Assembly: GCA_043228905.1 (NCBI GenBank)
Contig: JBHGNT010000008.1
Span: 930,001 to 994,000 of the forward strand
Length of the DNA stretch: 64,000 nucleotides
DNA from: Azolla caroliniana
Lineage: Eukaryota > Plantae > Polypodiophyta
Direction: 5' to 3'
Shown here piece by piece: positions 1 through 13,220 of this stretch. Below the pieces are notes generated by a model. That model had not been told where the DNA came from. It worked only from the letters and a program-made list of their open reading frames with translations, and searched no databases. Within the stretch, counting starts at the first letter, position 1. Every line of letters begins with the position of its first letter. A program made the translations under genes and the position numbers.

Positions 1-1869
1 GTTGAAACCGATGCAAGCGATTATGCTATAGGTGCTGTCTTGTATCAAGATGGTAAACCAATAGCATTCGAGAGTAAGAAACTTGATTCTGCTCAATGTC
101 GGTATACCGTTCAAGAAAAGGAATTATTTGCAGTTATACATGCGCTCAAAACATGGCGCCATTATCTTTATGGAAATCACTTTGTGGTAACTACGGACCA
201 CGAGTCCTTGAAATATTTTTGTGACCAACAAGACCTGAAAGGTCGTAAGGCACGATGGGCTGATCTCATCCAGGACTTTGATTTTTCCATACGATATCGT
301 AAAGGTTCCATGAACACTGTCGCTGATGCACTAAGTCGCATCCGTGAAGTTAACACGCTTAGCTTCACTGAAATATCATCAGATCTTTACGATCACCTTC
401 GAGGAAAGTATCCTGATGACAGTTATTTCGCAAAATACTGGGCAAGAGTTGAGTCTGGAACAGACACCACCACATCCTCGAAGGAATACTTCCACATTGC
501 TAACGGTTTGCTCTACCGTAATGGGAAGGTTTGTGTTCCAGATTTACCCGAGGTCAAAAAGAGGATTCTTTTTGAATGCCATGATGCACCCTCAGCAGGG
601 CACCCTGGAATACATCGTACACTCGTTCTCATCTCCACTCAATTTTATTGGCCTAAGATGCGTCCTGACATACATAGCTATGTGACTAAATGTCACCAGT
701 GTCAGGTTAACAAAGCCGAGCGACTTAAAGCCGCAGGACTTTTACATCCCTTGGACATTCCCAATAATAAGTGGGAAAGTATATCCATGGATTTTATTGT
801 TAGCCTTCCTCGCACCCAAAAAGGTCATGATGCCATCTGGGTTGTCGTTGATCGACTAACTAAAATGGCCAGATTTATTGCTACTAAAACCACGGTAACA
901 GCTCCTGAATTGGCTTACCAATTCGTTGACGAATTGTTTCGTTTTTATGGGTTACCGATGGATATCGTGAGTGATCGAGATCCAAAGTTTACTAGTGACT
1001 TCTGGACACAAGTCTTTAAGAAGTTAGAAACTACGTTGAGCATGAGCTCCACGGATCATCCTCAATCCGATGGACAGACAGAACGAGTAAATCAAATTAT
1101 TGAGGACATGCTTCGAGCATACGTTGGTGCAAAACCAACAAAATGGGAACGTTATCTCCCAATTTTGGAGTTTGCTTATAACAGCTCCAAGCATACGTCG
1201 ACGGGATATAGTCCTTTTATGTTGATGTATGGTTTTCAGCCACGAGCCCCGATTGATGTTACTATACATCATGATGAGTTGCGAAGTACGCAAAACTTCC
1301 TTCGGGATATGCAAGATATGTTGCATATTGCACGAGATAATATAAAAACAGCTCAAGATAGAGCGCGTTTTTATGCCGATCATCATAGGCAACCTCGTGT
1401 ATTCAACCCTGGACAGAAGGTATTTTTACGTGTACCTCACAATTCCAAGACATTGTCTACGGGTAAGTGCGCTAAGTTAGCCCCACGGTTTTGTGGACCT
1501 TTTACAGTCCTCAAACGCATTGGGTCATCAGCCTATCGTCTCGCTCTTCCCGATGGTATCGGAATTCATCCAGTCTTTCATGTGAGTCGTCTAAAAGAAC
1601 TTCTAGGTTCTGGCGACAATACAGTTACGACTGAAACTCTGGTTACTTCTGAAGAATTATCTTCTAAACCACATGTACCAGAAAGAATTCTCGATGTTAA
1701 AACAAAAAAATTACGTACTAAAGAAATCCGAGAATTTAAAATAAAATGGATGGATAAATCAATAAAAGATGCCACATGGGAACGCGAAAATACTCTTAGA
1801 ACTAACTTCCCTAACTTTCCATTGCAAGAGTGCAATGTTTTAAAGAGGGGGAGTATGTTACGGGCATGA
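1..1869 (+). CDS. Gypsy Pol C-terminal part: RNase H, integrase (zf-H2C2, core, GPF) and chromodomain
   Basis: Open frame from base 1: VETDASDYAIGAVL and EKELFAVIHALKTWRHYL (RNase H); H-D-APSAGHPG...CHQCQ (zinc finger); ISMDFI/IVSDRD/GQTERVN (DDE); RFCGPF; PERILDV...EFKIKW...DATWE (chromodomain). Confidence 0.95.
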   Translation, partial: VETDASDYAIGAVLYQDGKPIAFESKKLDSAQCRYTVQEKELFAVIHALKTWRHYLYGNHFVVTTDHESLKYFCDQQDLKGRKARWADLIQDFDFSIRYRKGSMNTVADALSRIREVNTLSFTEISSDLYDHLRGKYPDDSYFAKYWARVESGTDTTTSSKEYFHIANGLLYRNGKVCVPDLPEVKKRILFECHDAPSAGHPGIHRTLVLISTQFYWPKMRPDIHSYVTKCHQCQVNKAERLKAAGLLHPLDIPNNKWESISMDFIVSLPRTQKGHDAIWVVVDRLTKMARFIATKTTVTAPELAYQFVDELFRFYGLPMDIVSDRDPKFTSDFWTQVFKKLETTLSMSSTDHPQSDGQTERVNQIIEDMLRAYVGAKPTKWERYLPILEFAYNSSKHTSTGYSPFMLMYGFQPRAPIDVTIHHDELRSTQNFLRDMQDMLHIARDNIKTAQDRARFYADHHRQPRVFNPGQKVFLRVPHNSKTLSTGKCAKLAPRFCGPFTVLKRIGSSAYRLALPDGIGIHPVFHVSRLKELLGSGDNTVTTETLVTSEELSSKPHVPERILDVKTKKLRTKEIREFKIKWMDKSIKDATWERENTLRTNFPNFPLQECNVLKRGSMLRA

Positions 1870-2310
1870 CCATATAATATCCCGTGGTAAGAATTTACCG
1901 TAGTATTCTATACACGTGGATAAGTGTGAGGGTTAAATGAGAGTGTAAAGAAGGGGAGGATTACTTTTAATCCTCGGGATTGAGACAACCCATTAGGTCA
2001 AGTGTGAACTTGCCTGGGGGCCTTGGGTTTCGCTATAAATAAGAGGCCTAGCTACCCTCATTTGATCATCTTTTGACTACATCGAGACTCTGCTCGTGTG
2101 GTGGGTCAACTCTTGTAGCGAGCGCGCCAGCACCAGGTACGACTCGACGCCACGGCGGTGGTATGGGACGCCGATCGAGGCTCGAGTCCGTCTCGATCCC
2201 TTCGCTCGGGGGTGGTCGGGTGGATCGGCACCCTTCTTTCTCTTTCTCCTTTCTATCTTTCATTTCTTTATCCTTATCTTAAGCTTACGTTAGTACCAAG
2301 ATCTATAATA
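1856..2310 (+). repeat. 3' LTR of the chromovirus
   Basis: Begins TG immediately after the PPT and contains TATA-like CTATAAATAAGA (~2033-2044). Right boundary approximate. Confidence 0.75.
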
Positions 2311-2451
2311 GCTTGAATACATGTCTTGAGCAAGCAATGTTTGGTAATAGTGTGATTTATTCAATAAAAAAGGATGATCATGTAGGTGTTATGGAAATGT
2401 GCATGGGTCTAGGTCCTCCTTCAAATGACATTTACTAATGACATAAGTATG

Positions 2452-2750
2452 CAAGATCAATGATTCAATGCAAAATTAGATTGTCATGGCATGTGGCTTG
2501 ATCTAGTTCACGAGAATAAATATATGTAGGCACAGAAAACAAATCTCCAAGAGTAAGGATTTTTGTCATCGCTAGTCCAAGTAGGTTCCTTCACATGATG
2601 TGTATTAATGAAAAATATACAAGGCCAATGATTCAATGCTAAATTAAATTTGTCATGGCATATGGCTTGCATCTAGTTCTTGTGAGTAATGTATGTAGGC
2701 AGAGAAAACAAACCTCATAGAACAAGGATGTGTCGTCACTGGTTCAAGAA
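2452..2750. repeat. Two diverged tandem copies of a ~170 bp unit
   Basis: AATGATTCAATGC-AAATTA-ATT-GTCATGGCAT-TGGCTTG-ATCTAGTTC recurs at ~2459 and ~2627. Confidence 0.8.
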
Positions 2751-4075
2751 AATGTGCCAATATGTTTTAGCTTCAATGGTACTTTTGTTGATCACTATAT
2801 AACATTTCAAGATTGCAGCAGTAGATAATGGTTGGTAACTATTTAGCAACATATAATGAACTCAACAATGTAGACAACTAAACCTATTGCATACACAAAA
2901 AGAAACTCATAAGAAGACTTTGTTGAGTAGTCATGACTTGTGCAATTAGAGAACTACAAGTAAACAAACATTTATGTTTATTCCACGTGCTAGGGGAAGT
3001 AACACATTGTGACAAATTTCACTTTAAGTTTTTACCCCTCTTTTGGTTGACGATTTGACAACCACCTCTTCTAAGTTTTCCTCTATGCAATCATGCTTTT
3101 TTTGGTGGATGATTTGACAACTATAGCTTTGATGAGTTTCGCTTTATGCTTTATTCCTGATTGTACCAGTAAAATTGATAGCGAACACACTTTTGAGTTC
3201 TGATTATATTATGCATGTTACCTGTAGGTTTATCCATCAAAACATCCTTCGGATGCAACTATGAATTTTATAAAGAATAGCCCTTTGGTTTGGATTTTAA
3301 CTTCACTGGCCCTTCCTTTTTCCTTGAAAATATAAGTCTAATGTCTCTACTTCAAAACCACTTCAGCGGATAGACTGTGCAAATGCTACTAAAAAAACTA
3401 TTTTTAAAGCAGGATAGGTCCAAAGTTCATGGGAAGAGAGATCAGTTGAAGACACGCTTGTCTTGTACCAGATTATGAGTTACTCTCAACAGTACATAAA
3501 AAGATGGCAAATATAACCATCTGCATTATTGCTAAAAAAGTGAATAACTTTGGTATTCACTTTTTGTTGCTTTACAAAATGGGACTACATTAAAACCTTG
3601 TGTAGAGAACAGAGAATAAATTTTTAACAAGAGCTGGGAGACACCAAAAAGCATAATGAGCCCAATTGAATTCTCTTGTAAAAACAATAAGAATGAATGG
3701 TCAATGAAACACAGTAGAATGAATGGTTCATCAAATAAGAAGGGCATATAATGCTACAGGAAAACAATAATATAATCAGAGTTCCAGATGTAATTTACTA
3801 CTACAAAAATTGCCCACCAGTCATTGCATGGCAGCATCCTTGCATCTTAACCAGTAGAAGAATTGTTAAGCTTCTTCTTGGTCCCACCTCCAAAGAACAA
3901 ATTAATGACAACCATTATTTCAACTGTCAAACTGTTCTTTAAAGCTGCAAGTATCATCTTTCCACATGCTTGTCTCTGCCTTTCCTCATGGCTGAATTTT
4001 ATGTGTTGAACAACATTAGTTACCCTTTATAGCACCTTATGACTTAACCACACAAAGCTTCCAGTTCTATTCATG

Positions 4076-7000
4076 TTAAACTTCTACTTCCTCTTCCTCT
4101 TTGTATACAATTACAGCCTTTTTCTTCTCAGCTGCAGACATGGCGAAAAATTCTACAATAACCTCTAGTGGCATGCCTTTCGTTTCTGGTACTTTCACGA
4201 AGACAAATATCCAGGCTATGAAACAAAAGGCTGCAAAAAAAGCAAATGTCTTTCCGATACCTAGAGAGTTATCCAAGATTGGAAAGAGTTCTGTAACCAA
4301 TATGTTGGTTATCCACATGGCAGCTTGGCATATTCCCGTGCAAACACCTCTGACCCTTGTAGGGAATATCTCAGCACATAGCATGTTTGGAATTGGCCCA
4401 AATCCCGTTACAAAGAATATCACATATACCATGACACTCAAGACGGAGACTACAGCAAAAATGGTATCACTTGTGGGAACAAGATTGATGATTATGAGAG
4501 AGAGGAGAGCTAGCACAAGGATCGGGAGTGTGGTCAGAAGGATTCTCCTGCAATGAACCCAATTTGTTTGGTTAGTTTCAGTTTGGCATTACTATTGATT
4601 AGTAAGGGAATTAGTAAAGGGTTTGGCATGCATAGTAAGAGAATTAATGAAGGAATCTGTGAATGAACAAGAAAACATGATAACGAAGGCATTACTATTA
4701 GGTAGTAAGACAGTTGTATAGAAAGCGTATGTAAACAAAAGTGTGCAGAAATAAAGAAAACATACCGCCGACCCAGGACATCCATAAGCCTCATTGCCAC
4801 TACAATGAATGGAAGTGAGACCAAATTGATAACTGCACTTGCTAAAATGGAGGCTGAATCAGAACCAATGCCCATACTTGATAACAATACATCTGCTCCA
4901 GATTCTTGCAATATCTTTGGCGTGAAGTTGAGAACAGCATTGATGCCACCAAACTATAGGAGAAATACAGCAATAAATTTAGTTACAAAAAGGGCTTTCA
5001 TAGTAAATGAAAACAAAGCTTTATTTTGCAATGTGTAAAAACTCAGAAGAAATTTGCACTCTTTTCCAAGTAATCTTCGATATTCTTTTTCACATTAATT
5101 AAAGAGGTTGAAGTGAGAAAATCTCGTGATATATATATTACCTGCTCAAGGATCTGCAAAGTCACTCCAACAATTAGAGCTTGCTTCACACCACCGTCAA
5201 ACAGCTCAGACCATGCTGGACCCTTTGTAGCGAGCTGAGCAGGATGTATCATCGCGGGTCCGACTTGATTATCCAAATGAATATTTTTCCCATATTGAGA
5301 TGGCCTGCTCACTAAAGCTGCAGCTGGAATGGATTCTACCTCACCCATTGTACTACCAAATCGAGGAAGAGAGTATGTAGATACTCCTCGAGGTCCACCA
5401 TCAACTGGCGTTTCTTGAAACAAATATATACGTTTATATTCGCCTTGATCATCTTTTCCTTCAGTGCCTTCAGGACCTGTCCATTGAAAAGCCAATTGCC
5501 ATCCACCACCTATAGCTGTGCTCCCAAGAGACCCTATGAAGCTTGCACCATGAGTTGGTTCAATGTTACGAGAACTTCTGTCCCTATCCCAACGCTGAAT
5601 ACTATTTGTTGAGAGAAATGGACTTGTCAATCCCCCTTCTTCATCGTCTTCTGTGTAATCATCAATCGTGTCGTGCTGTTTTTCTCCAATTTCTTCATCA
5701 TCGTTAAATTCATCAAATTGATGACCTCCTTCAACATGGCTTTGTGTGCTTCCAAATCCTTGTAAATACTCTGGAAAGTTCCCTCTAAAACTTCCCATTA
5801 ATGGAACCATAGGATCCATGAAAGGAACGCTGCTGAGTCGTGGAGTTCCTTGTTGCATAAGGCTTCCTGGCCTTGAAAGGAATCTTTGTGATCCAGTAAC
5901 ACTGGATATGGGCTTTGCTATCCATGCATTTCCATCTTCAGGAGTAAATATCTTTATATGGGAGCTACCTAGGCGATCGCGCACACCGATAGAATCTCCA
6001 TAAACATCGGCTGGTTGAATGATATACTCCTCCAACACTGGATCTTCTCCCACTCCCAGACCTTCAACCAAAAGGGCCATTTCACCTGGAAGGAGAATGC
6101 CCACAAATCAACCTTGGCCAATGTAACATAAGTTGGCTAAAATCCCAGCAAAAGAGATCAAAGAATCTAGGAAGGTCCCAAGACTTCATAGATCTGCTGG
6201 AGAGTTTAATAGCCTGTTACTACGTTAATGATTCTGTGCATATGTATGTAATAGTTTCTCTGGACGCAGATGTTTGCAATGGAAAGAACATAAAAAGTTT
6301 CTATCAGGAAACAAAAATATGTAGAACAAAGGTAGTACCTGACACATCTTCCTTGCTCCGGAGCCTTTGTAGAACTTTTCTAGCTTCTTTTACCTTACCC
6401 TTGCTGACAAGCCACCTAGGAGACTCAGGTAAGAAAAAGATTGCAAGAAGAAGATATAGCACAGATGGGATGAAAATAAATCCAAGCATCATTCTCCAAC
6501 TAGGGCTACTCGTAAGAGAGAAGCCAAAAACCATACAATAGGCAAGAAACATGCCAGATGTGCCTAAAAGCTGTGGAAGTGTGTTTAGTTCTCCACGTAT
6601 TTCTGCCGGAGACACCTCTGAGATGTATAATGGAGCAACAGTGACAGCTAACCCAACTCCTATGCCATCTACAATGCGAGCCACCAAAAGCATATACACA
6701 TTGGGTGACCAAAGCATAAGGATAGAACCAATGCAATACAGTATTGCTGCGATGCATAACATCTTTCTCCTCCCAAGCCAGTCGGCTCCAGACCCTGCAA
6801 ATGTAGTACTAATTGCAGCTCCAACTAATGATGCCGCAGCAACAGAGCCTTCTAGAACAGGTTGTGCATCTAAATTGAACTCTGGATCTATGTAGAGTAA
6901 TGCACCTGGATATATCAAAACCATATGCATGAGAGCCGACTTAATACGGACAAATATGATGAAGGTAATTTTTACATCACTGATTCTCAGAATTAGTCCT

Positions 7001-7737
7001 GGTTTCATATGTGCAACGGTGTTAATGATTTACCTCCACCCTCCACATACATTGATACATGAATAACCAGAAAAGACTTCTAAACCCTACTCCACCCCAA
7101 TCTAAATGAGAAACCACTCAACAATTCTCCTTCAGAAAGAAACAAGAAAATGAAAGAGAAACCAGAGACTTAGGTCATCTTTGCGTCATAAGACTTAGAT
7201 CAGCTTGAACTAGTGTTATTGAATATGATACGTACATATGAAAGGGCGATCCATATATGCTGTAAGCTTTTTGCGTCATTAAGCTTAGATTATATTGAAC
7301 TATTGTGATAGAAAGTGTCATATGAGCATGAATTAGAACACGTCCCAAATCCATGAGGGGTATAGTGATAAGGCTTGACAGAAGAAATGTTTTCATGGCA
7401 ACCTATGCAATATAGTGCTAGCGAATGTGCCACATGAGCATGGATTGTATAGCTCGACCTAAATCCATGAAGGATGATGTCTACTGCTAAGACTTGTGAA
7501 AAGATTGTGTATTCCCATCACAACCACTACTAAAGATTGAAAGATTAAGTAAATTCAGGCACACAAGCTATACATGGACAGAGGACCGAGGGATGATGGC
7601 AGGTCCAGATTCAAAGAATCCAGCAGAAGCATGTCGAGAGAAGAAGGGAGAAAATTACCAGCAAGGGTTGCACTGTCCCATCCATTGAGAAGATTTCCAA
7701 TGGCAGCAGCGACAGCAACTACCTTCGTAGCCCACAT
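4076..7737 (-). CDS. Tonoplast monosaccharide transporter / monosaccharide-sensing protein (MFS sugar porter, TST/TMT family), 5 exons
   Basis: Exons 7737-7659, 6905-6339, 6085-5142, 4953-4766 and 4547-4076, all GT-AG and in phase. Motifs AAAIGNLLNGWD, DWLGRR, PLYISEVSPAEIRG, LPESPRWLVSKG, the long acidic central loop with IGGGWQLA typical of TST/TMT, GFGPIPNMLCAEIFPTRVRG, KVPETKGMPLEVI. Confidence 0.95.
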
Positions 7738-7814
7738 GGTGAGCTTAGGAGCGTGTGTATCGAAACCCTACTGTCTTCAACTTACTGTCCTTTACAGTTA
7801 GAGAGAAGAAGATC

Positions 7815-7900
7815 CTTCCCTCCCTCCCTCCCTCTCTCTCTATATATATATGTATATGTAGAGAGAGAGAGAGAGATCAGAACCTCTATATATATATATG

Positions 7901-7932
<32 letters not shown>
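7815..7932. repeat. Compound (CCCT)/(CT)/(TA)/(GA) microsatellites just upstream of the transporter ATG
   Basis: Directly visible dinucleotide runs. A poly-G run at ~8085-8105 and (CT)n at ~8310-8332 are also present. Confidence 0.9.
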
Positions 7933-7936
<4 letters not shown>

Positions 7937-10900
7937 AACGTATATGTATACTATGTATATCTGCGAGAAGGAAGAGGAAGCTATGAGAGCCTTAAGCTCT
8001 TCATCGCCAGAGAGAGAGAAAGAAGGAAACAGAGTAGCAGGGTTTGCCTCTTTATTTATCTACAGAAACTAAAGAGGAGGAGCGAGGGGGGGGGGGGGGG
8101 GGGGGAAGAATGAAAAGCAAAAAAGCAAAAAAGCAAAAAAGCAGAAAAGAAACGCAAAAGAGAGCCAAGGGATTACTATAGAAAGCAGCTTTTTGGGGGG
8201 CCCACTTTTAAAGTGAGGAGAGCCACAAGACAAGAGAGTGTGGAGGGCAGGCACACACACACATACATCATAGATGGCCTCTTCATTCCTATTGTCCCAA
8301 TGGAGGAGGCTCTCTCTCTCTCTCTCTCTCTCTATGTGGGTCAGTGCCAATCTCTATTTGTGCACGTATTCGCCACAGCTCAATGACAGATGGAGAAGAA
8401 TATGCAAGCCTCACAGATCCCCTCGCTTTCACTTCTTTTGTCTGTACCATGGAAACACTTGGCCATCCTCATTGGTCTGTATAGGTTTCGATCACCCGCC
8501 AAACCCCCTCCTCTCCCCCCTCCTCACACATGTTGGCGAACTATTGGTCGCAACTCCCTTGCATGCATGGCTCCCCCCCCCTCCCGTGTGTCGAGGCTCG
8601 CTTGACAATACAATGTATCGTTTGTGCGGCGGCAAATCATTGGTCCCGGAGATTCGAACATGTGGGGTGGAGAGCTTCTTGTTGGAATGCTGGGACCTCG
8701 TGAAAAATCAACAACGTTGTTAGTGCACATACTCATTATTGAAAGAAACATTACGTGGACAACTTCTTGATAGGGCGTTTTTTAGTGTGGTTGGACAAAA
8801 AAAGCATGTTGATGCAACAAAAAATCTTTAATCGTATCAAATGCCTAATGGAATGGCTTCTTGTTTCGGAATAATACCATTGATTTTAGTCCAATCAAGA
8901 CAAGAAGCCAATCCATGGATTGTTGCAATAAATCATCGGCCACAAGAAAACTAGGGCCATGTCTTCTTTCTCCAACTTGTCCATGTTGGACAAACAATTC
9001 TTATAGATGGGCAATGGACACAAGATAATTGGTTGAATTATCAAATGTGTAGAGACAATTCTAGATTATTGAGTCAAATAAGTCATGGATTAAAATCATT
9101 TTGAATCGAAACACTGGCATTTTCTAAAATTAAATATTGGGGCGTACCAAATCTTGTTGCCCTGTAGACAAAACAAAACATTATGAGGTAAACTTCTTGT
9201 CTAGCCTACGAACTCAAGACAACTACATCATTTGTACCAAGGATAGAGTTAATGAATAAAAACACTTTTTATCGGCCCACTTTCTTCATTTGTTTGAATC
9301 ACCTAAAAGGCATCCCTTGTTGAGGCTCAACATAAAACTATTTAGAGGGGGCACACTAAGAAAGTATGTCGTGTTAGGTTAGATAAAAAATCTAAGTGTT
9401 TTTCATTAGCCATTTTAGTGTTTGCACTCAACACTCTCAAAAATTATGCATTCCAAATCATGGAGAATTGAGATGAACTTTAGGAAGCTCTTCATCTTAC
9501 CAAATCATGAAAGTATGACCATTGATAGTTCCATAGTCCACATACGAGTACAAAATATTGGCACAGGTCAAACATGTATCTCTTTGCAATAAAACCTCAA
9601 CTTGAGATATTATCTTTAAAGTCTCTAACGAAAGGAGATGGATTCTATATACCGAATTATCTTTGCATGTAATGTCCTCGACCTTACCTCCAACTTACTA
9701 TGGAGATCATTTGACTTGTTTAACGTGTGATGAAGTCGTTGAGATAAGCCATTCATTTATTAGTGACTGTAAGCATATTTACGTGAAGCTCTCTATAGTG
9801 ATTAACACTAGCGTCGGCAAGCTTAGGGGCAATTGGCACATGTACCAACCCACTTTGTTGGTACCCCACTCCAACTTTCTTTGTAAATGAAAAAGATTTA
9901 ACAATAAAGAGAACATATTTAACGAAATAAATGCCAAACTCTAGCCTTTATATCAATTCTTCCAAAGTATAAGAATGGATCAAATGAGGATACCGCATTT
10001 TGTGTTAGAAAATGGAAGAGAGTCTACAAAGACATGGATTATAATGACTAACAAATTGAAGGTAATTTGTCACAATAGCAGCAATACCAAAACTAGAAAA
10101 AAAAATTATATATTGATCAACATGCCAAATTAGAGTAGGATACTAATATATTATGCTTTACTTACCATCAACCCAACCATGAGAAAGTAATGTTAGTAGA
10201 ATTTGAACAATTACCATGGGATGACAAGATTTTCAAGAAATAATGGTCGGGGAGAAGGGACACTTTTCTACCCCCTCCTTAGGCAAAGTTTTCATGCATG
10301 TTTCTATTAGCAAGAAAAATATAATCAAATTAACCTTCTATAAGCTAGCCAAAGAAGTCGTATGAAAACATATTGAGGAGAAGTGGGCAAAGAAGAAGAA
10401 AAACTATAATAGTTTCTCCAAGAGGGCAACACAAACTATATATGTGTGTATATATCATAACTTGTTTGCTTATTCAAGAGATGAAATTTAACTACACTAC
10501 CTAAAGATTGAAAGGTGGGAAGGTAAATTTTGCTATGTTGATTTATCTGAAATCCCCATAGGATGCCTCATCTTAATTGTACTATCATACTTGTGAGTCA
10601 CAACACAAGACTTCGATGCTTCCCAATATTGACTCTTACTTTGTTTGTGGAGAGGATGCGCCATTCTTCTCCTATGTGGTTTTTTTCTTTTTCTAACTGT
10701 AAGTTCTTTCAATGAGCTCTCTCCAATGTGTTCCCTTTCAATGAGCTCACATCCTTCTCATATACTCTTATCCTTACGGAGAGAGCCAGAGAAATCTACT
10801 AGTCTCACATCACCACACTATGTTTACTTTGTCATAATATCTACGTTATTGTATGAGCAAAGAGGGGTTTCTAATTACGAGATTAATCTAATATACATAT

Positions 10901-11329
10901 TACTTTAATAGAAGAGGGAGAGGAAATCAAAAGGTGGATATATTACCCATATCTAGGAAAAAGAGTTTGGTAAGGGAAAAAAAAGGTGACATCCCTTTTT
11001 TTTAAAGCAAAGTGAAGATATGGTAAGGAATAATGCTTAAAAAATAGATGATTTTATCATAAGAAACTAAATAGTGCAACTGAAATAAGATCTTTGAGGC
11101 TCCAAGTCTAAATTGGGATGGCACTTCCTCTCATGGGCTATTTTTTTTGCCAATACTAGTCCGAAATTAATTTAAGAAGGGTTAACGTCACTTGAGCTAT
11201 ATCTAGTGCCATCTTGATGGTTCATGATTGTGCCTTTACTATAATCTAAACCCATGTGTCACAATGCATTCGATTGGAACATTTCCAAACGTCACATTGC
11301 ATGTGGTAACTTCAATATATAAGGCGTGG

Positions 11330-13220
11330 ATTAGGAAAGGGAAGGACAACATGCAGACATGGGTAAGAGTGAAGTGCAGAAAATGATTGCCCAAATTGAG
11401 GCCAAGAATCCCTCAATTGTGGGAGTTGACTTTGTTATGATGAAAAACTGGCGGATGCAAGGTATGGAGGTTCCCAAGGTCGTGGTGAACATTGGTAATC
11501 CCGAGGAAAGAGTTCACCGTTGGAATAGAGCACATATGGTCCTCATCAATAATGACTCTGGTAGACCAGAGATCGGTTGCTCCTTCGAATTGGAGCCTTA
11601 TTTGGAAGATGGAAGGGGAGAAGAATCCTCCTTGAAGACGTTGTGTAACAGGGAAGCAATGCGTATGTGTACCTTACATATGAAAACGAGACTAAAGGGT
11701 TGCATGCACAATGGAAGAACTCCCTGATACACGGGGAGATTTTGGAACTTGGTCCAAATGTTCCCTTGGTTTGCATATGGAGGGTGCACGGTCTTGTGCT
11801 AAATCCTGGTAAGTTCCACTTCCATTCTGGTGAATTATCCACGGATAAAAAATGGGAAATAAGAATGGAGTGGGAAAGTATATGGAGTATGATAATGACA
11901 TATTTGTCGAGCAAGGGTGAATCCCCCTTGGCTCTTCCTTTGAACCCAAGTCAATGAGACTTTTCTCTTGGAATGTGCAGGGACTTGGTGGGTCACATCA
12001 TATGCTTGAGAAGCGAATTTTTAGGAAGAAATTTGAAGCTGTTAAGTTATGTAGGACTATTGATATTTTGCTCTTACAAGAGCATCACCTTGGACGAGAA
12101 AGGACAAAACTTTTCAAAGACCCGTTGCTAGGGGATTGGCACACATGGTGGGCCCCAGCTCACAGTGTGCTAGAGAGGAGAGGGGGTGTTTGTATTTCGG
12201 TGAGAAAATCACCGGATATCGCCATTTTGGATCATGGCATACTGATAGATGGAAGGGTCATGTTCTGCTACCTGGAATGGAGGAATGTGAAATTTGGGGT
12301 GTTGAATGTCTATGCACCAAATAGTAGTAGTGAGAGGACCTTATTTTAGAGTGATCTAGCAAACAAAATTCCCTCCTACGACAACTGGATAGTAGTAGGA
12401 GATTTCAACATGACCGAGTGAACCGATGATTGTCTGGGGGCTCACTCGAACTTGTTACAGGGAGAGGAGCTTAGAGCATGGGGTTTCTTAATTGCTATGC
12501 TTGGAATAAGAAATTATTGGTATTCTAGTATGGTGGTTGAGGAGAATTCCTTGCGGTTTTCACGATTTGGTTGGAAGGAGAGTGAAGGATGTCACTCTAG
12601 ATTGGACTACATCTATGTGAGCCCTAGAATTGAGGATTGGAGCGGTAGCACATCCATTCTAGTTGGCTTTACCTACTCCGATGACCTTCTGGTTTCCTTG
12701 ACTCTCGATCCTATTCACAAGAAGAAGAGTGAGTGCAATTTGAGGATTCCTCCGAAGAATTTTGGTATCCAGAAGGTTAAGGATGAAGTGATTAACATCT
12801 GGTCAACATCTCCATCATCCGACGACTCGATACAAGTACTGGAGGAAAATATTATTAATTCTTCACATGCTCTTCAAAACACGGCTAGAGAGGAGCTGGT
12901 AAGGTGTCAATCCTAGCTACAACGCCTAAGGAAGGTAGTCATCTTAGCTCAAAAGCTTACGCAAGTGGACCCACACTGTTTTTGGGTACTGAATTGTGAA
13001 GAGATTGGAGGGTGTCTTTGTTGAATGTGGGTTGTGTGAGGCTCATGTTGAGGGGAGTCTGTTGAGTAATTTTGTGTTGAGGTTTTGGTGCTTCATTTAT
13101 ACGTGATGTTTTCTTGTAGCCATTGCAAAGTGGCTTGTAACATATGAGTTGTATATTATCCTATGTACTTTTTCTTAACTAATGCAAGTAGAATTATTAT
13201 TTTTGGAAAAAAAAGAAAAA
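11330..13220 (+). mobile_element. L1-type LINE, degenerate and internally deleted (ORF1 end, APE endonuclease, 3' UTR, poly-A; no RT)
   Basis: ORF2 start MRLFSWNVQGLGG (11954), then LLLQEHHL, LNVYAPN, W-IVVGDFN, SRLDYIY. From ~13000 the sequence matches the 3' UTR of the LINE ending at 33710 and ends TTTTTGG+A-tail. 5' boundary approximate. Confidence 0.85.

Larger units (their letters stand above)
1..2310 (+). mobile_element. Ty3/Gypsy chromovirus LTR retrotransposon, 3' part (5' end outside window)
   Basis: Pol ORF followed by PPT AAGAGGGGGAGTA (~1843-1855) and an LTR starting TGTTACGGGC at 1856. The right end (~2310, ...CTATAATA, probably decayed from ...AACA) is approximate. Confidence 0.9.

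Noticed and set aside
7755-8350. ORFs with ERERER/YIYI runs
   Set aside because: Translations of microsatellites.
8641-8698. tRNA-like element on minus (GGTCCC...GTTCGAATC...GGGACCA)
   Set aside because: Only ~58 nt with no D-arm/A-box or anticodon arm; at most an imperfect hairpin.
8760-10400. Possible very old LINE RT remnant (KIKYWGVP-like)
   Set aside because: Too decayed to support boundaries or identity by eye.
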